DNA from: an uncultured Alphaproteobacteria bacterium
GTDB taxonomy: Bacteria > Pseudomonadota > Alphaproteobacteria > RF32 > CAG-239
Length of the DNA stretch: 64,000 bases
Direction: 5' to 3'
Assembly: GCA_944393205.1 (NCBI GenBank)
Contig: CALXZI010000002.1
Coordinates: forward strand, 500-64,499
Position 1 is the stretch's first letter, and each line of letters starts with the position of its first letter. The translations under genes and the position numbers were made by a program. Positions 39,057 through 49,639 of this stretch are shown here, one piece after another. The notes under the pieces were generated by a model. It did no database searches, was not told the DNA's origin, and worked only from the letters and a program-made list of their open reading frames with translations.

Positions 39057-39626
39057 ATGGGGACTATAAGCGATAAATCTTTGGCCGGAAATTTTTTGGT
39101 ATCCATGCCTGGTATGGATGATGAACGCTTTGCGGAAAGTGTCGTATATATTTGTTCGCACGGCAAAGAAGGAACCATGGGTTTTATTGTTAACAAAAAA
39201 TTGAAAGATTTTTCATTTTCAGATCTGGCAATAAACATTCCGACCAATATACCGGACAAATTGGAATCAATGTTTTTGTATCAGGGAGGACCGCTGGAAA
39301 AAATTCGCGGTTTTGTCTTGCATAGCGCCGAATATAACAAACCCGGAACATTTCAGATAGATGATAAAGTCGCTGTTTCTTCTTCTTTAGATGTTTTGAC
39401 AGATATTGCTTATGGCCAAGGTCCGAAAAACAACTTGATAGCTTTGGGGTATTCCGGTTGGGAACCAATGCAGCTTGAAACTGAATTGATATATAACAAA
39501 TGGCTGATTGTGCCGTCAAACACAGACTTGCTTTTTAACACGCCGGATGAACAAAAATGGCAACGAGCCATGGATGAAAGCGGCGTGGATATTACGCGTT
39601 TCATTAATGCCACTGGCCACGCTTGA
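39057..39626 (+). CDS. YqgE/AlgH family protein (UPF0301)
   Basis: N-terminal LAGNFLVSMPGMDDERFAESVVYICSH plus GTMGFIVNK are family signatures. Confidence 0.8.
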   Translation: MGTISDKSLAGNFLVSMPGMDDERFAESVVYICSHGKEGTMGFIVNKKLKDFSFSDLAINIPTNIPDKLESMFLYQGGPLEKIRGFVLHSAEYNKPGTFQIDDKVAVSSSLDVLTDIAYGQGPKNNLIALGYSGWEPMQLETELIYNKWLIVPSNTDLLFNTPDEQKWQRAMDESGVDITRFINATGHA

Positions 39627-39818
39627 TAAAAAAGCGTCAATCTTCAAGATATTTGAAATCCAATCCTAAACGGATGTTCATTAGGCGGTTGCTATAGTGC
39701 AAAACGCATATTTGTGCCATTTGAGAAAGTGTTATTTTTACGCAAGCAACATCATCCGCAATACGGTTTTGCGGCCGTTTTATATCATCACAATTATTGA
39801 AAAGAGGCTTATAATGCT

Positions 39819-40262
39819 TTACTCCAAATTTTCAATCGTACGATTGTTGGTTGCTAAATCCTTAACCAAAAATGTTGTAAATTCGGCTTTGGAATGCCTT
39901 TGGAAAATCAATTCATGTCCCAAACAAAGCCCTACCATAATATTAAAATCCGTATTTGCGTTATTCAAATATTCTGCTTGTGAAATAGGGTCGCAACAAG
40001 GGCCGGCCAAATCTTCTGCAATTTCGCTACCGTCAAGGCCGCTATCCCGACATCCTAAAGTAAAAACCTCAAATCCGGCAGCACGTAGCAATTCCGCCAA
40101 TTTGTCGGCATATGGTTGCACGGCAACGCAATTTGCAATTCCCAAACGTTTAAAACCGGAAATGTGGGCAAAATTAATCAACTCCTGCAAACGAGATTTG
40201 TTAGTGGATTTTGCCGTTCTGTACATTAAATCTTTATCAAAAGAAGAATACACGCAAGTCAT
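39819..40262 (-). CDS. hypothetical Cys-containing protein (147 aa), possibly DUF1847-like
   Basis: Preferred over the overlapping plus-strand 204-aa ORF on amino-acid composition. Sits directly downstream of rpoD on the same strand with AAAGG RBS. Family call is tentative. Confidence 0.4.
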   Translation of the reverse strand: MTCVYSSFDKDLMYRTAKSTNKSRLQELINFAHISGFKRLGIANCVAVQPYADKLAELLRAAGFEVFTLGCRDSGLDGSEIAEDLAGPCCDPISQAEYLNNANTDFNIMVGLCLGHELIFQRHSKAEFTTFLVKDLATNNRTIENLE

Positions 40263-40283
40263 GTCCAGAAACCTTTCTAAAAG

Positions 40284-40305
40284 GGCAGGCTATTTTAAAC
40301 CTGCC
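40284..40305 (-). terminator. stem-loop between rpoD and downstream gene (weak terminator/attenuator)
   Basis: ggcagg / 10-nt loop / cctgcc followed by CTTTT on the minus strand. Confidence 0.3.
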
Positions 40306-40313
40306 GCATAGTT

Positions 40314-42398
40314 TTATTGATCCAAGAATGAACGTAAACGACGCGAACGACTCGGATGTTTCAGTTTTCTCAAAGCTTTAGCCTCAATCTGACGGATGCG
40401 TTCACGTGTTACGTTAAATTGTTGACCGACTTCTTCCAAAGTGTGATCAGTGTTCATACCAATGCCGAAACGCATACGCAAAACACGTTCTTCACGCGGC
40501 GTTAAGGAAGATAGAATCTTTGTGCAAGTGTCTTTTAAGTTGGCATGAATAGCTGAATCCAAAGGTTGTAAAGCACCTTCATCGGCAATAAAATCACCCA
40601 AAGAAGAATCTTCTTCATCTCCAACCGGCGCTTCAAGGCTGACCGGTTCTTTGGCGATTTTCATAACCTTGCGAATTTTTTCCAAAGGCATGGATAATCG
40701 TTTGGCTAATTCCTCGGGAACCGGTTCCCGTCCCATTTCCGCCAACATTTGCCGCGATGTGCGCACCAATTTATTAATTGTTTCAATCATATGAACCGGA
40801 ATTCGGATGGTGCGTGCCTGATCGGCAATAGAGCGGGTGATAGCTTGACGTATCCACCATGTGGCATAAGTAGAAAATTTATAACCGCGGCGATATTCAA
40901 ATTTATCAACAGCTTTCATTAAACCAATATTGCCTTCCTGAATCAAATCCAAGAATTGCATACCACGGTTGGTATATTTTTTAGCAATTGAAATAACTAA
41001 ACGCAGGTTAGCCTCAATCATTTCTTTTTTAGCACGCTCTGCTTCACGTTCGCCACGTTTAATGGTATCAACCATCTTACGATATTCACTGATTGGCAAG
41101 CCGCATTCTTGCGACATTTGAGCAATTTCATCGCGCAGACTGGCGATTTCTTCGCCATAATTTTCCACAAACATTTGCCAATGTTTATCTTTTTTGTGAG
41201 CAACATTATCTGTCCAATTGGGGTCTAGTTCAGATTTTTGATAAGCGGCCAGAAAATCCTCTCTTTTAATCTTACAAGAGAGAGCATAACGTAAAAGTTT
41301 CCCCTCCGAGCTCATCAAGCGTTGATTCAGTTCGTTAAGTTGCTCCACCAGTTGCTCAATACGTGAAGCATTCAAATGAATAGAACTCATCAATTCAATT
41401 AAATCTTTTTTGACCTGAATATATTTTTTTTCAACCGAAGGAGCAATTTTGCGTCCGGACAGAATGGCGCCCATACGCTGTGTTTGAATTTTTTTCAAAT
41501 CATCATAATAGCTGGATATTTTGTTTAAGATTTCTAAAACAGGTTCCAACAAAGCTGTTTCCATGGCCGAAACAGAAGTAGAAACGTGACCGGCACCGCT
41601 ATCGTCGTCCTCGCTGTCGGTTTCTGATTTTCCGGCATCTTCGCTTTCCAAAGCACCTTCATCTTCATCGGCTTCGGCGTCGGCGATATCTTCCACCTCA
41701 TCAACGGCATCGCTCAATTCAATATCCGTATCCAAATCGTCATCAATTTCATCAAGGTTTTTTTCGGTTAACTCTTTAGCGACTTTATCCAGATCGTCAA
41801 CTTGCGTTTCTTCCTCGTCATAAACCATTGCTTCGCTATCATCGCCGTACATCATTTCCAGATCAATGATATCGCGTAACTGCATGGTACCGCCGACCAG
41901 TTCATCACGCCAACCGGCAATGGCTTTCAAGGTCATCGGGCTTTCGCACAAACCACTAATCATCACGGTTTTTCCGGCTTCTATACGTTTTGCAATAGCA
42001 ATTTCCCCTTCGCGGGAAAGCAATTCAACCGTCCCCATTTCTTTTAAATACATCCGAACAGGATCATCGGAACGACCGAGTTCTTTTTCATCAAAGTTGC
42101 CGCTTTCTTCGGCATAATCTTCTTCCTGTTCTTCAGCTTCGGCATCGTTTTCAAACGCGTCGGTTTCGGATTCGGAGATAAGACTGATACCCAAATCCGA
42201 AATTCCGGACATAATATCTTCAATCTGTTCGGACGATTCTTTTTCCGGCGGCAGAGCCTTGTTAAGCTCTTCAACCGTGATATAACCGCGTTCTTTGCCT
42301 TTTTGAATTAAATTTTTGACGGCGCTGCCAAGCGAATCAATCAATGGAAAATCGGTATTGTTTCCATCGTAAAAGTCTTGATTTTCTTTTTCAGACAT
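40314..42398 (-). CDS. rpoD: RNA polymerase sigma factor RpoD (sigma-70, 694 aa with acidic non-conserved insert)
   Basis: Regions 1.1 to 4.2 recognisable ([19 protein letters not shown], rpoD box, [27 protein letters not shown]). Confidence 0.95.
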   Translation of the reverse strand: MSEKENQDFYDGNNTDFPLIDSLGSAVKNLIQKGKERGYITVEELNKALPPEKESSEQIEDIMSGISDLGISLISESETDAFENDAEAEEQEEDYAEESGNFDEKELGRSDDPVRMYLKEMGTVELLSREGEIAIAKRIEAGKTVMISGLCESPMTLKAIAGWRDELVGGTMQLRDIIDLEMMYGDDSEAMVYDEEETQVDDLDKVAKELTEKNLDEIDDDLDTDIELSDAVDEVEDIADAEADEDEGALESEDAGKSETDSEDDDSGAGHVSTSVSAMETALLEPVLEILNKISSYYDDLKKIQTQRMGAILSGRKIAPSVEKKYIQVKKDLIELMSSIHLNASRIEQLVEQLNELNQRLMSSEGKLLRYALSCKIKREDFLAAYQKSELDPNWTDNVAHKKDKHWQMFVENYGEEIASLRDEIAQMSQECGLPISEYRKMVDTIKRGEREAERAKKEMIEANLRLVISIAKKYTNRGMQFLDLIQEGNIGLMKAVDKFEYRRGYKFSTYATWWIRQAITRSIADQARTIRIPVHMIETINKLVRTSRQMLAEMGREPVPEELAKRLSMPLEKIRKVMKIAKEPVSLEAPVGDEEDSSLGDFIADEGALQPLDSAIHANLKDTCTKILSSLTPREERVLRMRFGIGMNTDHTLEEVGQQFNVTRERIRQIEAKALRKLKHPSRSRRLRSFLDQ

Positions 42399-42631
42399 AA
42401 CGTTCCTTAAATTAATTTAAGCAGAGTCTGTCCGACTCCGTAGAGTTGCTAGCTGCGTTCCTTTTAATGACTCTTATGACAAATGTCAAGCATTACCATA
42501 AAAATATAAGGTGTTTTTTTCTTTTTTAAAGAGCATAACCGAATCGTTAAGAAAACACTTGCAATGAAAATATTTTGTTTTATGCTGACAGCAGTTTTGT
42601 GTATCAACCCCTGTAAGCAAGGAACACCATA

Positions 42632-44056
42632 ATGACCAGAACCAGATTTGCGCCCAGTCCGACTGGCTATATGCACATCGGCAATCTGCGCACGGCTTTA
42701 TACGAATATCTTATTGCCAAATCCCAAAACGGCGGTTTTATCCTTCGCATTGAAGACACCGACCAAAAACGCTATGTGGAAGGCGCTACGGAAATCATTT
42801 ATAATACCTTAAAACAAGTTGGGCTGAATTGGGACGAAGGACCGGACATCGGCGGCAATTACGGACCATATGTCCAATCCCAAAGAAAAGCCTTGTATGC
42901 TGAATATGCTCATAAATTGGTTGAACTTGGTGGGGCACACTATTGTTTTTGTTCAAAAGATGAGGCGGAAGAACAAAAAGAAGAAGAGGCAAATATTAAA
43001 TTTGACGATCCTTGCAAATTTTTAAAGCTTGAAGAAGCTAAAAAGCGCATTACTGCCGGCGAACCATATGTTATCCGCCAAACCATCAACAAAAAAGGAA
43101 CTTCCGTTTTCAAAGATATGGTTTATGGTGAGATTGAGATTGATTATGACGAGTTAGACGAGGGGGTTTTGTTAAAATCCGACGGTTTCCCGACATATAA
43201 TTTTGCCAATGTCGTGGATGACCATCTCATGAACATCACGCATGTGGTGCGCGGCAACGAATATATATCATCAACACCTAAATATAATCTGATTTACGAA
43301 GCATTCGGCTGGCAACCGCCGGTTTATGTGCATGTGCCGCCGGTAATGAAAGATGCGCAACACAAGTTAAGCAAGCGCAACGGCGATGCTTCGTTTCAAG
43401 ATTTGGTCGCCAAAGGCTATCTGCCTGAAGCAATTTTAAATTATATTGCGTTGCTGGGGTGGAATCCCGGAACCGAGCAAGAGATTTTTTCATTGGAAGA
43501 ATTAAAAAAAGCTTTTTCTATGGAACGCCTTGGTAAATCTCCGGCCATATTTGATATCGCCAAATTGACATGGATGAATGGCTGTTATATTCGGGCTCTG
43601 TCACCGGCGGATTTCCACCGGTTGGCATTGCCATATTACGAAAAATGTTTTACACGCCGGCTTAATCTGGAATTTTTAAGTACGGTGCTACAGCCGCGTG
43701 TGGAAACCATGAACGATATTTATACCCAAGCGGATTTTTTGGAAAAATTGCCGGATTATGATATTTCTTTGTTTCAAAACAAAAAAATGAAAACTGATGA
43801 AACTGTCGCTAAACAAACATTGGCTTTAGGTCTACAAGTTTTGAAAGATACATCCGTTTGGAATAATGAGAATTTATTTAATATTTTAAAAGATTTAGCA
43901 CAGCAAAATGGCTTAAAAAACGGACAAATGCTTTATCCGGTGCGGATTGCTCTTTCAGGGAAAGAAACAACTCCAGGCGGCGCAACCGAATTGGCTGTTG
44001 TTTTAGGCAAAGAAGAAACCTTAAACCGTATTCAAACAGCCTTAAATAAATTATGA
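42632..44056 (+). CDS. gltX: glutamate--tRNA ligase
   Basis: HIGH motif (SPTGYMHIGN) and KMSKS-like KLSKR. Class I GluRS architecture. Confidence 0.92.
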   Translation: MTRTRFAPSPTGYMHIGNLRTALYEYLIAKSQNGGFILRIEDTDQKRYVEGATEIIYNTLKQVGLNWDEGPDIGGNYGPYVQSQRKALYAEYAHKLVELGGAHYCFCSKDEAEEQKEEEANIKFDDPCKFLKLEEAKKRITAGEPYVIRQTINKKGTSVFKDMVYGEIEIDYDELDEGVLLKSDGFPTYNFANVVDDHLMNITHVVRGNEYISSTPKYNLIYEAFGWQPPVYVHVPPVMKDAQHKLSKRNGDASFQDLVAKGYLPEAILNYIALLGWNPGTEQEIFSLEELKKAFSMERLGKSPAIFDIAKLTWMNGCYIRALSPADFHRLALPYYEKCFTRRLNLEFLSTVLQPRVETMNDIYTQADFLEKLPDYDISLFQNKKMKTDETVAKQTLALGLQVLKDTSVWNNENLFNILKDLAQQNGLKNGQMLYPVRIALSGKETTPGGATELAVVLGKEETLNRIQTALNKL

Positions 44057-45045
44057 GAAAAATTGTAATTTACGGAGCCGGACGGGTTGGCACTTGTTTG
44101 ATGGCCGAGCTATCTTTACACGCTTCATCCGATAGAGTTGAAGTGATTATGTATGCACCACACAATTCTCAACGTTTGTTAGGCGCAAAACTGGATTTGG
44201 AAGATGCTGCTGTAATGGTTGCGGCTCAAAGCAAATACCATTTTAGAATCACGGATAATCCGGAAGATTTTGCCGGTGCTGAAGCGGTGTTGGTAAGTGC
44301 CGGCGGCACGCCGTCTAAAGAAGATTATGCCCGTGCGGCCGAGCAGGGGATTGACGACCGAACGGTTCAGGGAATGTTTAATATTGATATTATGCAGGCT
44401 TTTGCTCAAAAAATGCAAAATTGTCCGCAGGCTGTCATTTTTGTATTAAGCAATCCGGTAGATATGATGTGCAATATCATCCGCAAACTGCTCCCAACGC
44501 ATCAGGTTTACGGCTTGGGCTGTTGGTTAGACACTATGCGTTTTCGCCGTGAGTTGTGGCAACTTCTCCGACCAAGCAATTCCAAACTGTCGCCGGAGGA
44601 CATCAAATCATACATCATCGGACACCATAATGACACAATGTTTGTTTGGCAAAAAAGTCTGGAAGGGATTCCCGCGTCGGCACAGCAAATTGCAAAAGCT
44701 CTGCAAAAAACCCGCGACCGTGGTTTGCTAATCACACAAACAGCCGCAAAAGCATCTGTGCCGCAAGCAAACACCGGTTCATGTTGGGCACCGGCACTTA
44801 TGGTAAGCAAGGTGTTACAAGCTTTTATCAACGGTAAATTGTTTTTACCGATGAACAGGAATATTCTGCCGCAAGAAAGTGAAGAACTTGCCGGTGCTTA
44901 TGTTCAACTTCCGTGCTTAATTACCCGTAAAAAAGTAAAACCGATTCCGGCTGATTTAACGCATCAAGATATTGCCAATTTGCGCATTTGCCTTGAAAAA
45001 AGCCGAGCCAATGCACAAAAGTTGCGTCAATTTATAGAAATCTAA
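44053..45045 (+). CDS. lactate/malate dehydrogenase family protein, divergent
   Basis: Rossmann motif IVIYGAGRVGT, NPVDMM, LDTMRFR and GHHNDT (catalytic His region). Substrate-loop Arg motif absent. Translationally coupled to gltX (ATGA overlap). Confidence 0.55.
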   Translation: MRKIVIYGAGRVGTCLMAELSLHASSDRVEVIMYAPHNSQRLLGAKLDLEDAAVMVAAQSKYHFRITDNPEDFAGAEAVLVSAGGTPSKEDYARAAEQGIDDRTVQGMFNIDIMQAFAQKMQNCPQAVIFVLSNPVDMMCNIIRKLLPTHQVYGLGCWLDTMRFRRELWQLLRPSNSKLSPEDIKSYIIGHHNDTMFVWQKSLEGIPASAQQIAKALQKTRDRGLLITQTAAKASVPQANTGSCWAPALMVSKVLQAFINGKLFLPMNRNILPQESEELAGAYVQLPCLITRKKVKPIPADLTHQDIANLRICLEKSRANAQKLRQFIEI

Positions 45046-45073
45046 AAAAAATCCCCGTAATAGGGATTTTTTT
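45044..45073. terminator. bidirectional terminator between convergent LDH-like gene and argS
   Basis: aaaaaatccc cgtaata gggatttttt: perfect 10-bp stem including A/T runs. Confidence 0.75.
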
Positions 45074-45079
45074 AAGTTA

Positions 45080-46816
45080 TTAAGCTTTGAGCATAGCTTC
45101 CGGCGCTTCAATACCCAAAAGATAAAGCAGTTGTTTTAACATATCGCGCACCAAACGCGCCAATTTCAGGCGTGAGGCTGCAATTTCCGCAGTTTGCGCC
45201 GTCATAATCGGGCAGGTATTGTAAAAATTGCTGAAATTCTGCGCCAACGTATAGGCATAATCAGTAATAATGCTGGGCTCTTTTTCTTCATGCGCACGGA
45301 AAATAATATTGCCGAACTGCAAAAGTTTCAAAGCCAGCGAACGCTCGTCATCGTTTTCAATAACAATATCGCCTTCTTCTAGATTTTGCGCCTTGGCTTT
45401 ACGTAAAATAGAGTTGATACGGGCAATGGCATATTGAATATAAGGGCCGGTTTTACCGTCAAACTTGGCAAAATCTTCCAATTCAAAAACATAACCGGAG
45501 CCGATATTGTTTTTTAAATCTTGAAATTTGATAGCGCCCAAGGCAATTTGCGAAACCAGTTTTTCAATCTCGTCAGCGCCGTAACCTTCAATCTCGTCGG
45601 GTTTGGGCATAGATTGACGCACTTTTTCTTTACTTAATTCAATCAAATCTTCCAAATTCATCACGCCGCCGTCGCGGGTTTTGAAAGGCTTACCGTCTGC
45701 GCCGTTAACCGTACCGAACCCAATGTGCGTCAACTTGACATTTTCAGCAATACCGAGCATCTGCACCACTTGAAACACCTGTTCAAAATGTAGCGTTTGC
45801 CGCTTGTCAACCACATAAATGATTTCATCGGCATGCAAATCTTCTACCCGCATTTTGATGGTGGCAATATCAGTCACCTGATAACCAACCCCGCCGTCCG
45901 ATTTGACCAGAATAACCGGCGGCATCGGTTTGTTTGTTTCCGGTAAACGAACAATTGTCGCACCGTCATCAACCTCCGACAACCCTTTTTCTTGAGCCTG
46001 CTTGATAACTTCGCCGCAAGCTGCATGAGCATCGCTTTCGCCGAGCCACAAGTCAAAATGAGCATCCAATTCGGCATAAATTTTCTTGACATCCGCCACC
46101 GACACATCGCGCAAATATTTCCAAGCCTTGCGGTATTCAGGATTGCCGTTTTGCAAATCAGCAGTAATCTGTCGTGCTGTTTCTTTGGCTATCTCATCTT
46201 CTTTACAACGAATATTCGCTTGCTTATAAAAAGCGGATATGGCGGCGACATCATAAGTTTCCACCTTGTCAAGATTACCGTCTTGACGGATAATTTCGGC
46301 AATAATCATCCCCATCGGTGTTCCCCAATCACCAAAATGCACATCAGAAACCACCTCATTGCCGACAAATTGCTCAATCCGACGGATGGATTCGCCGACC
46401 ACAGCCGAGCGCAAATGCCCAACATGTAAGGCTTTGGCGACATTCGGCCCGCCAAAATCCATCACAACTTTACTCGGGCTTGCGCTTTTTTCGCAACCGA
46501 AACGCTCATCTTGTGCCATCGAGTCGGCAAGTGCGCCGATAAAGCCGTTTTGCAAACTGATATTGATAAACCCCGGACCATCAACAGAAACCGCAGCAAT
46601 ATCAGCATCTGCTTTGAGATGTTCGGCAATATTTCCGGCAATCTCGCGCGGGTTTTTATGCAAAATTTTAGCCAGTGCCAATGCGCCGTTACATTGAAAA
46701 TCGCTCAAATCAGGACGATCAGACGGCTTCACGAAAGCAAATTTTGCGTCCAGTTCAAGTTCTTGAAATATTTTTTCCAGTTTTTGGTTCAGTTTTTGTT
46801 CAATAGATAAGCTCAT
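45080..46816 (-). CDS. argS: arginine--tRNA ligase
   Basis: HVGH motif (ALHVGHLRSAV), class I ArgS layout, C-terminal DALR anticodon-binding region. Confidence 0.92.
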   Translation of the reverse strand: MSLSIEQKLNQKLEKIFQELELDAKFAFVKPSDRPDLSDFQCNGALALAKILHKNPREIAGNIAEHLKADADIAAVSVDGPGFINISLQNGFIGALADSMAQDERFGCEKSASPSKVVMDFGGPNVAKALHVGHLRSAVVGESIRRIEQFVGNEVVSDVHFGDWGTPMGMIIAEIIRQDGNLDKVETYDVAAISAFYKQANIRCKEDEIAKETARQITADLQNGNPEYRKAWKYLRDVSVADVKKIYAELDAHFDLWLGESDAHAACGEVIKQAQEKGLSEVDDGATIVRLPETNKPMPPVILVKSDGGVGYQVTDIATIKMRVEDLHADEIIYVVDKRQTLHFEQVFQVVQMLGIAENVKLTHIGFGTVNGADGKPFKTRDGGVMNLEDLIELSKEKVRQSMPKPDEIEGYGADEIEKLVSQIALGAIKFQDLKNNIGSGYVFELEDFAKFDGKTGPYIQYAIARINSILRKAKAQNLEEGDIVIENDDERSLALKLLQFGNIIFRAHEEKEPSIITDYAYTLAQNFSNFYNTCPIMTAQTAEIAASRLKLARLVRDMLKQLLYLLGIEAPEAMLKA

Positions 46817-46837
46817 AAGTTGTTCCTTGTCGTAAGA

Positions 46838-47170
46838 TTATTTAACACATTTGTAATAAGCATGCGAAGGTAAAAACAGTTTGCATGAAAATGAAGTCTT
46901 CTTCACCCATTCGGCGTGTGTGCCGGTCTTGTGTTTTTTGCATTCGGCATCGGCCAAATTTTGCAAAGTCTGTTTATCTGTCCACAAACCGTTATAACAA
47001 ACAGCCGGCGCTGAAGGTTTGGATTTTCCGACATAAAGGCGGCTGATATCCTGCGCGCCGGCATTGCGTCGTCGGTCAACAAACGGCTCAAAAAGCGAAC
47101 AGGCGGAAAGTCCGCACAAAATTAAAACCGCAAGAGTGATTTTTAGACTGGACAATTTCAAAAACTCCAT
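46838..47170 (-). CDS. small Cys-rich lipoprotein (110 aa)
   Basis: Signal peptide with lipobox LSAC. Six further Cys. Confidence 0.5.
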   Translation of the reverse strand: MEFLKLSSLKITLAVLILCGLSACSLFEPFVDRRRNAGAQDISRLYVGKSKPSAPAVCYNGLWTDKQTLQNLADAECKKHKTGTHAEWVKKTSFSCKLFLPSHAYYKCVK

Positions 47171-47216
47171 TAAATTAATAACAATGTTTAAGCATAATAT
47201 ACAAAGAAGATTTTAA

Positions 47217-47819
47217 ATGCAAAGCGAAAATGAATATATCGGCGATGATAAGTTTAAAAAATTTTTGGCTCATTATGAATGCCCGATGCCGTTAAATGTG
47301 GTGAAAATGCGTTTTGCCGGCGCCGTATGCAGCCCGAACTTAAACCTTCGCCCCACTGACGTTATTTCCTCATTATGGGCAGAAAACCAAGCGCCGCGGC
47401 TGGAAACCAAAAAAGAGGCCGAGCTGTTTTTCAAGTTTTTTATGGGTTTGTGGGATGAAATGTTTAAACTCGTCCGTGCCAACAAACTCACATTGCCCAA
47501 GTTTGGCAAATCCGAGATGGCAAATTTGAGTTTAAGATGCCGCAACCGGCATGAAGAACTGGAGCAGGGGTATCTTGAGGGATTTTGGGGCGGAAAAGAA
47601 GATTTGAACATTCCAGCCTACATTGCCGAAATTTTGGATTCTCTTTCCGAACTTGCCGATGTTTACATGGCTTTGGCTAAAAAAGCCGCCGACAAGACAG
47701 ATGATGAATTGCTTAAAACCGCTGCGCACACTGATAAAATGGCCGAGCGCGCCATCGGTTTCATTATAGAAAATTCCGTGCTACCGCGGATTGAAGAATT
47801 GCAAAGAAAAGTCAATTAA
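47217..47819 (+). CDS. hypothetical protein (200 aa)
   Basis: Complete ORF, no family recognised. Confidence 0.5.
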   Translation: MQSENEYIGDDKFKKFLAHYECPMPLNVVKMRFAGAVCSPNLNLRPTDVISSLWAENQAPRLETKKEAELFFKFFMGLWDEMFKLVRANKLTLPKFGKSEMANLSLRCRNRHEELEQGYLEGFWGGKEDLNIPAYIAEILDSLSELADVYMALAKKAADKTDDELLKTAAHTDKMAERAIGFIIENSVLPRIEELQRKVN

Positions 47820-47840
47820 TTATCACAAGGAGTTGAAGTT

Positions 47841-48377
47841 ATGGAACTTTTAGAAGGGCTTTTAACCAGACGTTCGGTGCGTCAATTTGCTGCGGATAAA
47901 AAAGTCAGTAAAAAAGATATTGAAGAAATCTTAAAAGCGGCCTCATACGCGCCATCAGCACATAACAAACAGCCGTGGGAGTTTGTCGTGATTGAAGAGC
48001 CGGAAAAGTTAGCGGGTTTCCGTACAGTACAACCTTGGACGAGCTTTGCCAAGAACGCCTCATGCGTGATTGTTGTTTGCGGCAACACCGACGAAAGTTT
48101 TCATCGCGAAAAAGAAAACGAAACCTGGAATTTCGCCGATGTGGATTGCTCTTTGGCAGCACAAAACATTTTACTTGCCTGCCATGCCAAAGGTTTGGGC
48201 GCTTGTTTCTGCGGTGCAGCACCGATGCCGTTGGTAATTGACGGTGTGCGTAAGTATTTAAATTTGCCGGAAAACATCCGTCCGCTGGCAATTATTCCGA
48301 TCGGTTATCCGGCAGAATCTCCCAAACAACCGGAAAACCGCTATAATCCGGCCAAAGTTCATTGGGAAAACTGGTAA
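47841..48377 (+). CDS. nitroreductase family protein
   Basis: LTRRSVRQF...APSAHNKQPWEFVVI signature of FMN nitroreductases. Confidence 0.85.
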   Translation: MELLEGLLTRRSVRQFAADKKVSKKDIEEILKAASYAPSAHNKQPWEFVVIEEPEKLAGFRTVQPWTSFAKNASCVIVVCGNTDESFHREKENETWNFADVDCSLAAQNILLACHAKGLGACFCGAAPMPLVIDGVRKYLNLPENIRPLAIIPIGYPAESPKQPENRYNPAKVHWENW

Positions 48378-48392
48378 AACACGTCCGTTTAA

Positions 48393-49004
48393 TTATTTCC
48401 ATGTAACATATAAACGGCATTTTGTGGAATTTTCGGTGCATTGGTGACAAAGCATGTCTATATCATTAAGAGACATGTTATATAAACAATTGTCTCCCTC
48501 ACAATAAGCATCGCCATAAAAATGCCCGAAATCTTCTTTTTGCTCTTCGCCGTCCTCATTGATTGAATATCCATCGGTAAAGATATAATATATTTCCGAA
48601 TGCATTGTTTTGTATACGTTTAAGAGGTTTGCACAGATTTCTTTTTGGCTGCCGCCGATGTCAAACCTGTATCCTATGCCGTAATAGGGTGATTGCCCGT
48701 AAAACCATATCAATGCGCCGAAAATATCGGTTAAATAGGCGCTTCCCTCGCGTTGTAGCTCAATACCGTCCGGTAAAAGATTGAGCTTGCTTAAGAGTTG
48801 GGCATAATATTCATCTCCGGTTTCAGGAAAGTCCGGTCGCAGCTGCATGGCATTGTTCAAAAGAATGGTCATGGCTTCCGCCTGCTTATTGAGCTTATAT
48901 TTAAGCATGGCCTTGGAATAACCGCTGATAGCCCCGACGCTTAAAACCCCGATAATTGCTAAAACACCGAGCATCTCCACCATACTTCTACCACATTCGC
49001 GCAT
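48393..49004 (-). CDS. type IV pilin / pseudopilin-like protein, paralog B (203 aa)
   Basis: N-terminus MRECG|RSMVEMLGVLAIIGVLSVGAISGYSKAMLKYKL is nearly identical to paralog A over the first ~40 residues. C-terminal Cys pairs. Confidence 0.7.
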   Translation of the reverse strand: MRECGRSMVEMLGVLAIIGVLSVGAISGYSKAMLKYKLNKQAEAMTILLNNAMQLRPDFPETGDEYYAQLLSKLNLLPDGIELQREGSAYLTDIFGALIWFYGQSPYYGIGYRFDIGGSQKEICANLLNVYKTMHSEIYYIFTDGYSINEDGEEQKEDFGHFYGDAYCEGDNCLYNMSLNDIDMLCHQCTENSTKCRLYVTWK

Positions 49005-49046
49005 AATTTTCTATCCAAATTGCAAAACAAACATATTTTCTCGTCA

Positions 49047-49096
49047 TTCTAAACCGTTTTTTTTTTTTGCAATTTTAAAGAGTCTCGTGGGGATAA
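49047..49096 (-). promoter_or_regulatory. conserved 50-bp promoter/operator block upstream of pilin paralog B (identical to 22471-22520)
   Basis: Identical 50-mer, 42 nt upstream of the start codon. Candidate -10 TAGAAT conserved in both copies. Confidence 0.6.
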
Positions 49097-49186
49097 CTTA
49101 CAACCGGCAGAAGTTATTGTGCGTATCGCCACATATCCAAAAATGCGAATATAATATTATAGACGCAACAGTAAACAAATCCGGCT

Positions 49187-49636
49187 TTATAAAGAATTTT
49201 TGATTTTTTGCACTTCAGCCCGAGCCAAAGCATCCACCCGTTCGTTTTCAGGGTGTCCGTTATGACCTTTGACCCACACCCAACGGATTTCATGCCGTTT
49301 GATCAATTCATCAAGTTTTAGCCACAAATCAACATTTTTCACACCATCTTTTTTATTGGAAACTTTCCAGTTGTTGCGTTTCCAGTTCGGCATCCATTCG
49401 GTAATGCCGCTCATCACATATTTACTATCGGTATAAAGGGTAATGTTACAGTTAGTCTTGAGAGCTTGCAAAGCTTCAATAACTGCCGTTAATTCCATAC
49501 GATTGTTAGTGGTTTGAGCTTCGCCGCCGCTTAATTCTTTTTCAATATCTTTATAACGCAGCAATACGCCCCATCCGCCAACGCCAGGGTTCCCCGAACA
49601 AGCGCCATCCGTAAATATTTCAACTCTTGCCGTCAT
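49187..49636 (-). CDS. rnhA: ribonuclease HI
   Basis: [16 protein letters not shown] and YTDSKYV motifs with catalytic DEDD residues. Confidence 0.92.
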   Translation of the reverse strand: MTARVEIFTDGACSGNPGVGGWGVLLRYKDIEKELSGGEAQTTNNRMELTAVIEALQALKTNCNITLYTDSKYVMSGITEWMPNWKRNNWKVSNKKDGVKNVDLWLKLDELIKRHEIRWVWVKGHNGHPENERVDALARAEVQKIKNSL

Positions 49637-49639
49637 GGT

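Noticed and set aside
39697-40311. 204-aa plus-strand ORF overlapping the 39819-40262 minus-strand ORF
   Set aside because: The translation is low-complexity and hydrophobic-poor with no RBS. The minus-strand ORF is co-oriented with rpoD and has an RBS, so it is preferred, though with low confidence.
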